Assembly: GCA_963662585.1 (NCBI GenBank)
Contig: OY759729.1
Span: forward strand, 384,001 to 448,000
Source: Candidatus Cloacimonadales bacterium
Lineage (GTDB): Bacteria; Cloacimonadota; Cloacimonadia; Cloacimonadales; JAFGVF01
Reading direction: 5' to 3'
Length of the DNA stretch: 64,000 nt
A program made the translations under genes and the position numbers. The notes under the pieces were generated by a model. It did no database searches and was not told the DNA's origin. It was given only the letters and a program-made list of their open reading frames with translations. This document shows positions 20,758 to 30,197 of the stretch, piece by piece; positions within the stretch are counted from its first letter, which is position 1, and each line of letters opens with the position of its first letter.

Positions 20758-22909
20758 CTAAGCACCAACTCAGTAATTTCTCTATCCAAAACAATACTTG
20801 TGATGGTATTAACCCATCTCCGCCTATCTAACCATACAGCAAGCTTTTCATAACTATCTGTTATTACTTCCTTTTCTGCCATATTTGCATCGTCGCCTTT
20901 GTATTTTATTTTCCACACCTTCTTAGTGATCTCTTTCATATTATCCTCCATTTCTAGTATTCCAATATTTCTCTACAGCTTCTATAATTTCAGGGTTTAC
21001 TTCGCCATGACCAAGGCAACAGCCATTTCCAACTGAACCAAGTGAGCAATCTTTGTTGCCTTTATAGCCATAAACACAGTCACAACAGGAAACCATATTA
21101 TAATTATATCTGTATTTATAATAAACCATCTCATCTATTTCTATCTTGGCAGGCTTCTCTACAGGAGCATCCCAATCTATCACAACTTGAGCTTCTTTAC
21201 TTGTTTGTGGTTTCATTGCTAACTTCTTTGAATGTTTAATTTCTCACCACAGAAAGGGCAGTGCCACATTTCAAATGCTGTAATTTCTGTTTCTCCATCT
21301 TCTCTCATTATTTCAAAAGGAATGAAATAAATGCGGTCTCTTAAGGTTATATGTGGGTAGGTAACTAAGACAACTGGCTCTCCACAAGCTTTTCTATTTT
21401 CAGCTTCTTTTATTTCTTTCATGTGGTTTTCAAAACAATTACACACTTTCTTCCTCCTCATCTTTATCAACAAGCTCATCATACTCTTCTTTGCTTATTA
21501 AGCTCATAACTCCAGCTTCTTTATTTCCTTCAGGTAGATTTGTCTTAAATACTATTCGTTCAGAAGGCAGACACAAAGTTATTAACAGCAAAGCATCTTT
21601 TGCCATACTCACTGAAATACTTGTTGCTATAGACAACATCTGTTCATCTTTTATATGTGCTAAATCAAGAATATCTTGTCTAAACTTTATCTTCTTCTCT
21701 TCGTTTGTAATTTCTAAATATCGTATCATTTTACCCTCCTCCCCTTGCTACCTGTAGCAAGGCCAAACAAGTGTGGTGCTAATCTACCAGGATTAATTTT
21801 AAAGTATTCACAAGCATTCCACAAGACACACGCCATAAAAGTTATAGGGTTTTTAAAGTTCCAGAATATCATCTTTCTCTCCTTATTGATCTTCTCCATT
21901 CTCCGCACCAACTTAAAGGTGATGTCCTCGCAAAAACCCATTCATGTTTAATCTCATTTTCATAGTTTTTACCATGTATATATGCATAGTGAACATCCAT
22001 AGGAGGTTTTCTTCTGCAGATAGGAGTACCTTCATTCAAATAATACTCGCAGTTTGCACAACGACGTTCACCTTTTATTGCTTTTTCCATATCTTGCTGA
22101 GCAGCAGCACCCATATTACCCATTAGAGACCTCCTTCTTGGTTAATATATAAATATACCTTTTCCCATCACCACATACAACACTTTGGTCTTTTCTTAGA
22201 TTTCTTAGAACAACACTCCCATCTCCAATAGGAATAGGGGTGATACTATATTCATCTCCATGGCTTTTTAATACATTAAAATCATCCTTAGTAGAAGGAA
22301 AAGCATCAAGAAGTGGAGCTTCTAGGTCTATTGGTCGGAAAATATCATTAATTGATCTATATATATCATGCAGTGTATCTTCTGAAAAAAAGATATTATC
22401 ACAGCCGTCCTTATACACTTCATCTCCAGATTCCTCGATATCCTCATATCTCCTATTTTTATCCTCGAACCATGCAGGAAAACCTGCCACTACATGTGCA
22501 GTTACTTCAAATAAGTCGTTGTCCTCATCTAATAGATAATACTTTTTATCTTTGCTTATTTTACTCATCATTTTCTCCTTTCAATATGCCATAATTCATT
22601 ATGTAGATCACCAAGCTCAAAAGAAAGCTTACATCTCTCATCACTAAGTTTAATGGTATCTCTTCTTTGCCTCTTAGATAGTTTAAAAAGCTCTTTCTCT
22701 CTTTTAGCTAATTTACACAGCTTATCATCTATTTCTTTGCGTTTCTTCCCAGGATCAGAAGCCTTCCACTCTTCCAAGAGAGCTTGAGCCTCAATTCTAA
22801 TGTCGCATATCTCTCCAAGTGGATTAGCATCTAATATCTCATCAATTGCCTTTATTCTCTTTTCATTATAGGCTATTGATTTTCTTACTATTTTCTCTTT
22901 AGTGGTCAC
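20754..22909 (-). other. Block of eight short, tightly packed hypothetical phage genes (20754-20951, 20941-21216, 21219-21482, 21439-21729, 21726-21941, 21869-22123, 22116-22571, 22568-22909)
   Basis: Overlapping stop/start codons and GGAG(G) RBSs; three are Cys-rich; no recognised family. Confidence 0.65.
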
Positions 22910-22920
22910 TGATCATCTCC

Positions 22921-23376
22921 TTAGCTCGTAGCTCTTTCACTAAAATACTCTATTATCCCACCATCACCTAATATCTCTTTCTGGATGGCCTTAGCAATAC
23001 TCTCATCTTTAATCAGGAAGAAATCAACCAACCAATCTAAGAATTTCTTTAGGTATTCCACGAAGTCTCTATTAGGCTCAATCTCTTTCTTATACTGTCT
23101 TAGCAAAGAAACTAATGATTGTAAGGCTGTATCTTGAGGAGCCCTGGAGTATTCACTTAATGCTCGGACAAGAGCTTTCTTAATTGCGATCTTGATATCA
23201 TCTTCTAAGTTGGTAATCTCTTCTAATTCATCTTTCCACTTGTACTTATTAATCCAGTTCCTGATAGTGTTTTTGCTTACACCAAAAGTATTAGCCAATT
23301 TAGCTATCTCAGTTTCACCTTTGAGATATAGCTGTTTTGCCAGCTCTCTCTTTTCTCTATAATCTCTTGTATTCAT
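22921..23376 (-). CDS. Putative terminase small subunit (HTH)
   Basis: AKQLYL...LANTFGVSKNTIRNWINKYKW HTH, as found in small terminases of Mu-like phages. Confidence 0.68.
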   Translation of the reverse strand: MNTRDYREKRELAKQLYLKGETEIAKLANTFGVSKNTIRNWINKYKWKDELEEITNLEDDIKIAIKKALVRALSEYSRAPQDTALQSLVSLLRQYKKEIEPNRDFVEYLKKFLDWLVDFFLIKDESIAKAIQKEILGDGGIIEYFSERATS

Positions 23377-23627
23377 CTTTTTCTCTCCTCTGGGGTATCT
23401 ACGCTATTTTTACTATCAATTAGCTTATCCTCTTTGATAAAACCCTCCATTGTTAATATATGGATAGTAGAACTTACTGTTGAAAGAATAGCTAAATCCA
23501 TGTTTTCATTATCCTCAAACAAATCAGTCTGGGATAGTGATTTCAATATACTGTCTGCTATTTTAACTAACAGATCATTTCCACCATTTAATCTAGTTAA
23601 CCTTATCTCTTTACCTTCTAACTTCAT
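23373..23627 (-). CDS. Hypothetical phage protein
   Basis: GAGGAG RBS; ATGA coupling to the next gene. Confidence 0.6.
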   Translation of the reverse strand: MKLEGKEIRLTRLNGGNDLLVKIADSILKSLSQTDLFEDNENMDLAILSTVSSTIHILTMEGFIKEDKLIDSKNSVDTPEERKR

Positions 23628-23634
23628 CTTATCT

Positions 23635-23722
23635 CCTCTCTTAAAAACTCTGTGAAACTCCTCTTAACCTCTGTGAAACTCTGTGTTAAGGGTCTTTTCT
23701 TATTTAGTGTAATTCGTGTAAT
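23635..23722. repeat. REP-like element, family A
   Basis: 23651-23703 matches 35151-35203 at 52 of 53 bases. Confidence 0.82.
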
Positions 23723-23774
23723 TAGCCTGGGTAGGCGAAGCTTTATGCGAAGACTCCTGGATAGATTATCTTCA

Positions 23775-24161
23775 TCATAACCGCTCTTTCTCATAATTTT
23801 CCAACACCTTAATCAATCCTCCTTTCTCTTTGGAAGTCATGTATTTAAGATTTGGCTTACCCCATTTCTCACAAATGAAGTTATTAAGATTAATCATAGT
23901 AATCCCTAATCTCTTACACTTAGCATAGATCATCTTATCTTGTTGATTAAACTCTATATACTTATGAGTTAGTTCTTCACCATGCAGTATTTTATTGAAG
24001 TTAATCAAAGAAGAAAGGCTAAGTTTGCGAAGTGAATCACCATAGCCGGTATTCTTCATTAAATCATGTAGTTGATCTATATCCATATCTAATTCTCTTT
24101 TAGCATATACTACCACTTGACTTCTCAATGATTTCGCATACTTAGCCTGTTTCTCTGTCAT
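23775..24161 (-). CDS. GemA/DUF1018-like protein
   Basis: AKRELDMD...SLRKLS and LIKVLE pattern; position after the DUF3164-like gene in a Mu-like early region. Confidence 0.6.
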   Translation of the reverse strand: MTEKQAKYAKSLRSQVVVYAKRELDMDIDQLHDLMKNTGYGDSLRKLSLSSLINFNKILHGEELTHKYIEFNQQDKMIYAKCKRLGITMINLNNFICEKWGKPNLKYMTSKEKGGLIKVLENYEKERL

Positions 24162-24174
24162 AACTTCTCCTCTT

Positions 24175-24285
24175 AACTCCCCTCTTTAGTGCTGAAAGCA
24201 CATTAAAAGAGGGGTGGCTGGGTATTTCCCAGACGGGGTGTTTCTTCTCTTAATCCCCCTCCGTGAGGGGGACAAAGGGGGTGTT
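24175..24285. repeat. REP-like elements, family B (CCCCTC...GAGGGG hairpins), two copies
   Basis: Related hairpins at 10213, 18876, 26385, 27084, 27135 and 29153, and in host DNA at 53962-54095. Confidence 0.75.
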
Positions 24286-24292
24286 TCTTCTT

Positions 24293-24523
24293 TCAATCAT
24301 TTACAGGATCTACTTGATGTTCAGCTAGATACTTGTTTAATTCTGCACCATGAATTCGTAGTTGTCCATTACCTTTTAACCTTACTGCAGGCAAAGGCTC
24401 ATCCACTCGTCTTATCATTCTATACACCGTTCGAATATTGACTGATAGCAGGTCTGCTACTCTGGTAGGAGTATAGTACTTACTGTTATCAAATACTACT
24501 TTCGCATCCATAAGGCTACTCAA
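24293..24523 (-). CDS. Excisionase-like HTH DNA-binding protein
   Basis: YTPTRVADLLSVNIRTVYRMI...LPAVRL...LRI pattern. Confidence 0.78.
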   Translation of the reverse strand: MSSLMDAKVVFDNSKYYTPTRVADLLSVNIRTVYRMIRRVDEPLPAVRLKGNGQLRIHGAELNKYLAEHQVDPVND

Positions 24524-25628
24524 TCGAACTGAAGTTTAGAGTTACCAGGCTAAATGATTTATCGCTATCCTCTCTCTCATAAAAAGCTATATACTGCTTG
24601 GTAGAAGTAACTTCAATAGCTTCATTAATCAGGTCCATTGCTACTTTCCATTCTGAGTCTTTGATATTATACTGTCTGAGAGATAGTATTCTGCCTTTAG
24701 CAACTTCGCCTTTTCTATCTACCTGAAAGGCCTCTCTAATAACAGCTTGAAGGTTAATATTAGAATTCTCACTCCACCTGATCAGGCAATCATCTATCTT
24801 CTGCTTGGCTATCTGTAGCTTCTCAGTAAACTGGATTCTCTCTTTGTACTTAACCTCAATTTTAGCAGAACCATCAAAGGAGAGAAGCTCGGCATTGCCT
24901 TTCCAGTTCTCACCATATTGTTCAGCTGTATCAGCTAAATACTTCTCAATATCTGCTACCATCTTAGTCTTTTCATCAGCTATCTTCTCATTAAGAGCTT
25001 TAGCTTTCTTCATCAGTCTTTTTACCAGTTTATCACGCTTGACAAGTTGCTTATCTAATATCTTTTCTGGGTACTCTCTACCTTGAGCATCATACAAAAC
25101 ACCACTTGCTTTGCTTGTTTTAGGTTTTGATTTAGTTCTAACTTTGTCCGATACCATCTCTTTGGCTCCTTCTGTTATTTTTTTGCCTACTATATCGTAG
25201 TTAATTTCATTTTCTGTATATTGAAATATGCCGTCTCCCCTGGTAACATAATCCATGGAAACAAAAGCTATTAAATACTTTATTACTGCCTTATGCGAAA
25301 CACCGGTTAAAGTCTCTAATTGCCTACCACTGCTGATCTCAGTCTTGCCAATCATCCCATATAGCCTCTCCATGATCTCATAACTATAGCCACTTGGATT
25401 ATTCTTTTTAACTGGGTGAAAGTCTCCATTTTTAACATAAATTCTCTCTCTGCCCTGGCGTGCTACAGCCTTAATATAACCCTCACTTAAAAGATGTGAC
25501 ATAAGTCTGCGAACCCTACTAAGTTCAACCCCTGAAAGGCTTGCTATATTAGCACAGGTAAAAGGTTTATGTGAATACTTGATACAGTTAGTTATTTTCT
25601 TCCGGGTTTCTTTAACTCTTGCTGGCAT
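24516..25628 (-). CDS. DUF3164-like protein with an N-terminal HTH extension
   Basis: C-terminal KGNAELLSFDG...FTEKLQIAKQKIDDCL...AFQVD...W..AM pattern; two HTH-like segments in the first ~150 aa. Confidence 0.72.
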   Translation of the reverse strand: MPARVKETRKKITNCIKYSHKPFTCANIASLSGVELSRVRRLMSHLLSEGYIKAVARQGRERIYVKNGDFHPVKKNNPSGYSYEIMERLYGMIGKTEISSGRQLETLTGVSHKAVIKYLIAFVSMDYVTRGDGIFQYTENEINYDIVGKKITEGAKEMVSDKVRTKSKPKTSKASGVLYDAQGREYPEKILDKQLVKRDKLVKRLMKKAKALNEKIADEKTKMVADIEKYLADTAEQYGENWKGNAELLSFDGSAKIEVKYKERIQFTEKLQIAKQKIDDCLIRWSENSNINLQAVIREAFQVDRKGEVAKGRILSLRQYNIKDSEWKVAMDLINEAIEVTSTKQYIAFYEREDSDKSFSLVTLNFSSIE

Positions 25629-25636
25629 TATCCCTC

Positions 25637-26362
25637 CTATCCAATCTCGATATATTTTAATTGTTCTATTGTAAAATCTGTAATGTTATGAACTTTTGAT
25701 ACTGATTCTATTGAATATAAAGCCTTTATAAGCTTGCGGATATTACCTTTAGTTACATTCTTAAGAAACTTCACTATCTTATCATCTATTCTTACATCTG
25801 GAACCTCTTGGCACATCATCCTAATATCATCCTCACTCACTTCCTGAAACTCTAAGAAATAATTACATCTATCGAAGTAGTGAGCATCTGCCATTAATAA
25901 TCTCTCTCTGGCATCACTCATACCTACTAAGATAATCACGCAAAGTGTCTCATCTACTAAGTCTCTAATACATCCCAGTATCTTCTTCTTATCGAAAGCA
26001 TAGTCTATTTCATCAATCACAATCACCAGGTTGTCATAGTTTCTCAAAATACCCAATATCTTATTGAATATCTCATTAGTATTACCGTATATAGGAGATT
26101 TTGGCATTCCTAAGTTATACTTGATTATCTCTAAAAGTTGTATTAAAAAGCTCTTAGTTGCCATACTTGCATCAAGTCTAAGATATACATAATCATTTAG
26201 AATAGCTTGTTGCTTGGCGAACCTGCTTTTGCCTAAACCAGGTTGCCCATAGATCATTCCTAATCCGACCATCTCTGTTTTTGGCCTATTAAGTAAATAG
26301 CTTAGCATCTTCTCACCAGCCATCACATTCTTAGTTTTGCTTAAAGTTAACTCTTTCATCAT
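25637..26362 (-). CDS. MuB-like AAA ATPase (transposition protein B)
   Basis: Walker A GQPGLGKS, Walker B IVIDEID, ILVGM and GNIRKL motifs; downstream of the transposase. Confidence 0.88.
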   Translation of the reverse strand: MMKELTLSKTKNVMAGEKMLSYLLNRPKTEMVGLGMIYGQPGLGKSRFAKQQAILNDYVYLRLDASMATKSFLIQLLEIIKYNLGMPKSPIYGNTNEIFNKILGILRNYDNLVIVIDEIDYAFDKKKILGCIRDLVDETLCVIILVGMSDARERLLMADAHYFDRCNYFLEFQEVSEDDIRMMCQEVPDVRIDDKIVKFLKNVTKGNIRKLIKALYSIESVSKVHNITDFTIEQLKYIEIG

Positions 26363-26403
26363 TCTCTCCTTTACTTCTTTATATCCCCTTCTATGAGGGG
26401 GAT

Positions 26404-27072
26404 TTAGGGTGTGTTACCCTTTTTTGTTTTTAAAAATTGTACATATAAGTTCTTGATTAAAGCATCATTAATGCCCTTACTCAAAGCCGCTTTCTGAAAC
26501 AACTTCTCCTGGGCCAAATACTCTTTCCAGTCCTCAGAAGTTGCTTGAGAGAGTAGCTTTTCACTAAGCTGAGCCCACTCTTTCTGTTTCTTAATATCTG
26601 TCTTACTTAGTGCAGGGCTTTCTGCTATTTCACGCACAGCTACAATCTCATTATTGCGGTACATTCTCTTTTTGTTATCTATTATCCACTCTTGAAGATA
26701 ACCCTCAAACTTGCTTCCAAATAAGGTTTTAGGCCTTAAATACTTGAACTGGTCATTCTTTAGCCATTGACGGCACTTAATATCTATTACTTTTTTAAAC
26801 TCATCTACCTTAAAGCCCTCTTTCAATCTTGCCCGGATTAAGGCCTTAGTCTCTGGTGTATTTGCTCGAAACTCTTTACCAGTGCTTTGATTTAGATAAT
26901 TAACTATCTCATCTATCTGATATTGTGTGGAAATACTACTGCTTTTGGTAGTTACACTAATTGATTTATGCTTATTTATTAACCTAAGCAGGAACTCTCT
27001 TTGCTTAACTTCCAATATTTCTTTACCTATTAGGTTAAGAGCTTCTACATATAATTCTCTATTACTCTTCAT
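26404..27072 (-). CDS. Protein with a conserved phage C-terminal (Phg_2220_C-like) replication domain
   Basis: IVNYLN..TGKEF...LIRARLKEGF..DEFKKVID.K...W...YLRPKTLFGSKFEGYL. Confidence 0.8.
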   Translation of the reverse strand: MKSNRELYVEALNLIGKEILEVKQREFLLRLINKHKSISVTTKSSSISTQYQIDEIVNYLNQSTGKEFRANTPETKALIRARLKEGFKVDEFKKVIDIKCRQWLKNDQFKYLRPKTLFGSKFEGYLQEWIIDNKKRMYRNNEIVAVREIAESPALSKTDIKKQKEWAQLSEKLLSQATSEDWKEYLAQEKLFQKAALSKGINDALIKNLYVQFLKTKKGNTP

Positions 27073-27083
27073 CTTTTCCTCTT

Positions 27084-27182
27084 AATTCCCCTCTGCGGAG
27101 GGGTGGCTTGGTATTTCCAAGACGGGGTGGTCTCAATTCCCCTCTGTGGAGGGGTGGCTTGGTATTTCCAAGACGGGGTGGT
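27084..27182. repeat. Tandem pair of family B REP-like units (51-bp period)
   Basis: AATTCCCCTCTGYGGAGGGGTGGCTTGGTATTTCCAAGACGGGGTGG occurs twice. Confidence 0.88.
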
Positions 27183-27202
27183 TCTTCTCTTATTTTTCAT
27201 TC

Positions 27203-29566
27203 TTATAATCCTGTCTTTTTGAATATTTTTCTTAATTTATCAAGAGCTTCTTCTTCTTCTTTAGTGTTGGGAACCTGGTCATTATTCATCCCACTTTGCA
27301 AGTGTGGCACAGGGGATGCTTCATGACCAATAAACCCACTATCATTAAAACTTGATTTTTCGGTACTTAGCTCTGGCATCTTAAATTCAGATACACGCTC
27401 ATCTACCTGTTTCCTAATGATATCACTCTTGGTTTTTATCTCTTTCTCAAGGCGTTTTTGATAACCTAATTGCTTTTTGAGTTGTTTTTCAGAAGTAGCC
27501 TTATCTTCAGCTAATTTTACAAATGGGTGTGTAGTGGTCCTGGCATAAGCCTGACATACAAATCTCTCTTTCTCATCATATATTAAGATAGACCTCATAT
27601 CCATAATGTCATATCTAATATTAATCTTACTTCCCAGCATACCTATTAAGTTGTCATGATAATAGAGAACATTACCAAACTGAACTCCATTATTCCTTAC
27701 ATTCCTACTCTCATTCTTGAGCATCATGAAGTTTAGCTCTGCTAAGCTAATTTGACGGCTCTTAGGAGCTTTAAAACTTCTAAACACCTCATAAGGCTTT
27801 TGACCATTTAAGCCTGTGTGTGGGGTCATTCCGTACATCTCTTGAAAATAGACAGCCATCATATATTTAGCCTGGTCAATAGTAAGTGGCTTTCTCTCTC
27901 TCAAGTTCTTAATCCACTTCTCATTTCTCATCAGGTAAGCAGGCTTATCAGCAATTCCAGCACCTCTAAAAGTATCTACAAACCTCTCAAAATCCTCTTG
28001 CATAGTCTTAAAAAATCTCTCAATCACCTTAGCCCTGGCATTATAAGGCTTAGCAAATGTTACATCAATTCCTAAGCGTGGGTAAATTCCACTAAGATCT
28101 TTGCTTAAATCATGCTCCTTCCAGTTCTCATGAAACAGCTTACTTCTAAAAGCCTTACCATTATCAAGGTAAACAGCAAGTGGTTTATATCCCATATTTA
28201 AGATAGAGTTACGCAAAGCCAATAAGATTTGTTCCGAATCTTCAGTATTAGCAAGAGAAGCTCCTACAGGGTATCTGGAAGCCCAATCAAAATATAATAT
28301 CAGCATCATTCTTTTAGCTTTACCAGTAAGTGGGTCTATAACATCGAAAGAGAGAATATGACCATCAGCCACTAGCACATCACCTACATTTAAGCTATCA
28401 TTTCTTAATAATGTCATGATGCCATTATCTCTAAGATGTTTAATTCCATACCTTAAAGTATTCCATTCCTGAATATTAGTATCTCTCCAAGTTTCTACCC
28501 ATCTTCTTAATGCTCTATCACTAGTTGGAGAATCCATCTTGCCGGACCTGCTCATCTGCTTCATTTTTCTGATAGCTGAACCTATTTTAACTTTGTTATC
28601 ATTCAATAATAGATTTAATAAAAAGCTCTGCTCTTCATCTGTAGCACTACTTACACCAGGTGCCCTGGTTAATCTCACCAAGCTCTTGAAGTCTTTACCA
28701 CTATCAAGATATACATCAACCCAGTTTCTCATAGTCCTGGCTCCTTTTGAGCCCTCCAAAGCATAAAGCTTAGGTGAAAACTTACCTGTGTTATATACTG
28801 AGTTAATACTCTCTATAGCTCGTAACTTACTGCCACACCTTACAGCTTCTCTCAATATCTCTTCGCACAAGTCAGCTTTCATCTGAGCCCTATGAAGTTC
28901 ATCTTCAGGAACAGGTAACTCCTCTTCCAAATTAGGAATGCTCTCATCATATTCAACTACTCCAGCTTCTATACATGGAGCAATCTCTCTATCACTTGGA
29001 ATAAGGTAGTAATTCTTTACTCCTCCCCCAGGGATAGCAACTTTCACAATCTCCCAACCCTTATCTTTAGCTAATCTATAAGCTTTACCCTTGCTTACTT
29101 CATACTTGGCCATAATATCTTCTATTGCTAATGATCCAACAGGAGCTTCTTCAATTCCCCTCAGTGGAGGGGTGGCAGTGTATTTCACTGACGGGGTGCT
29201 CTCTTCAATCCCACTCTTCTCTGATTTTGACTTAGAAGTGTCCAATTTAGAAGTGTCCACATGATCAGGAGTGTCCACATGGTCAGGAGTGTCCACATGG
29301 TCAAAGGTGTCCACATGGTCAGAGGTGTCCACATGGTCAAAGGTGTCCACATGGTCAGAGGTGTCCACATGGTCAAAGGTGTCCACATGGTCAGAGGTGT
29401 CCACATGGTCAGAACTACCAATAAAGATAAATAGTGTTTGAACTAATTTACCATTATGATCAACCATTTCTGTTTTTGTCTTCCATTCACCTTTCTTCAA
29501 TCTTCTTCTGACTGTCTTGGTACTAATACCAAGTCTATCAGCCAATTCTTTAACTGTTAACCACAT
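27203..29566 (-). CDS. MuA-like DDE transposase
   Basis: VADGH (D), YLDNGKAF (D), AKVIERFF (E); Mu-transposase C-terminal motif VRNNGVQFGNVLYY...IRYD; N-terminal HTH domains. Confidence 0.95.
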   Translation of the reverse strand: MWLTVKELADRLGISTKTVRRRLKKGEWKTKTEMVDHNGKLVQTLFIFIGSSDHVDTSDHVDTFDHVDTSDHVDTFDHVDTSDHVDTFDHVDTPDHVDTPDHVDTSKLDTSKSKSEKSGIEESTPSVKYTATPPLRGIEEAPVGSLAIEDIMAKYEVSKGKAYRLAKDKGWEIVKVAIPGGGVKNYYLIPSDREIAPCIEAGVVEYDESIPNLEEELPVPEDELHRAQMKADLCEEILREAVRCGSKLRAIESINSVYNTGKFSPKLYALEGSKGARTMRNWVDVYLDSGKDFKSLVRLTRAPGVSSATDEEQSFLLNLLLNDNKVKIGSAIRKMKQMSRSGKMDSPTSDRALRRWVETWRDTNIQEWNTLRYGIKHLRDNGIMTLLRNDSLNVGDVLVADGHILSFDVIDPLTGKAKRMMLILYFDWASRYPVGASLANTEDSEQILLALRNSILNMGYKPLAVYLDNGKAFRSKLFHENWKEHDLSKDLSGIYPRLGIDVTFAKPYNARAKVIERFFKTMQEDFERFVDTFRGAGIADKPAYLMRNEKWIKNLRERKPLTIDQAKYMMAVYFQEMYGMTPHTGLNGQKPYEVFRSFKAPKSRQISLAELNFMMLKNESRNVRNNGVQFGNVLYYHDNLIGMLGSKINIRYDIMDMRSILIYDEKERFVCQAYARTTTHPFVKLAEDKATSEKQLKKQLGYQKRLEKEIKTKSDIIRKQVDERVSEFKMPELSTEKSSFNDSGFIGHEASPVPHLQSGMNNDQVPNTKEEEEALDKLRKIFKKTGL
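29249..29410. repeat. Intragenic tandem repeat, 9 x 18 bp, encoding DHVDT[S/F/P]
   Basis: GTGTCCACAT at 29253, 29271, 29289, 29307, 29325, 29343, 29361, 29379 and 29397. Confidence 0.97.
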
Positions 29567-29627
29567 ACTACACCTCTTTTAATATTCATAGTAGTGGGGC
29601 CACTATAAGCCCCATTGGCTATGAACA

Positions 29628-29849
29628 TTAATCCTCGTTTTCCTCAAAAGTGGCTAACATTACGCAACCATTATGTACTAATACATGACTATCACTCTTT
29701 AAACAGTCGCTTTTTCTTACATTATCATCTGTGCTAAAGCCTTTGGGCACTGCAAATCCAGTCTCCAACTCTTCAATTCTACTTGCTTCAGCTTCATAAT
29801 CTTTAGTACTTACCAAACATACACCTTTAATCTTTCCATAATTACTCAT
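29628..29849 (-). CDS. Hypothetical early phage protein
   Basis: AAGGAG RBS; co-oriented with the early operon. Confidence 0.6.
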   Translation of the reverse strand: MSNYGKIKGVCLVSTKDYEAEASRIEELETGFAVPKGFSTDDNVRKSDCLKSDSHVLVHNGCVMLATFEENED

Positions 29850-29930
29850 TCTTACTCCTTTAATTGATTTTATTCAATTCATAATTACCATAATAGCCCG
29901 CACCACACTGATGCGGGTTCTTTATGGTAA

Positions 29931-30194
29931 CTAAGAGGAGCTTTCTCTTAGCGATTTTTCTTGACTACTTCTCTTATCGATATTAAGAGGTAACTTGCTT
30001 TTGATATTACACCAAACTGCTTTCAAGTCTGAATAATCTGATTTCAGTTTGGTGTTTTCTTGTAATAGCTGGTAATTCTCTGCCTTTAGTTCCATTATCT
30101 TAGCATCCATGGAAGAACGCTTGCCTTCCCCTAATAAAGACACTAATACTACAACTCCTAACACTATACTTAATATAACTACTGCTGTTGTCAT
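29931..30194 (-). CDS. Membrane-anchored coiled-coil early protein
   Basis: N-terminal TM helix followed by a heptad pattern. Confidence 0.6.
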   Translation of the reverse strand: MTTAVVILSIVLGVVVLVSLLGEGKRSSMDAKIMELKAENYQLLQENTKLKSDYSDLKAVWCNIKSKLPLNIDKRSSQEKSLRESSS

Positions 30195-30197
30195 GAT

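Noticed and set aside
29185..29421. ORF of (TMWTPL)n
   Set aside because: Alternative frame of the 18-bp repeat inside the transposase
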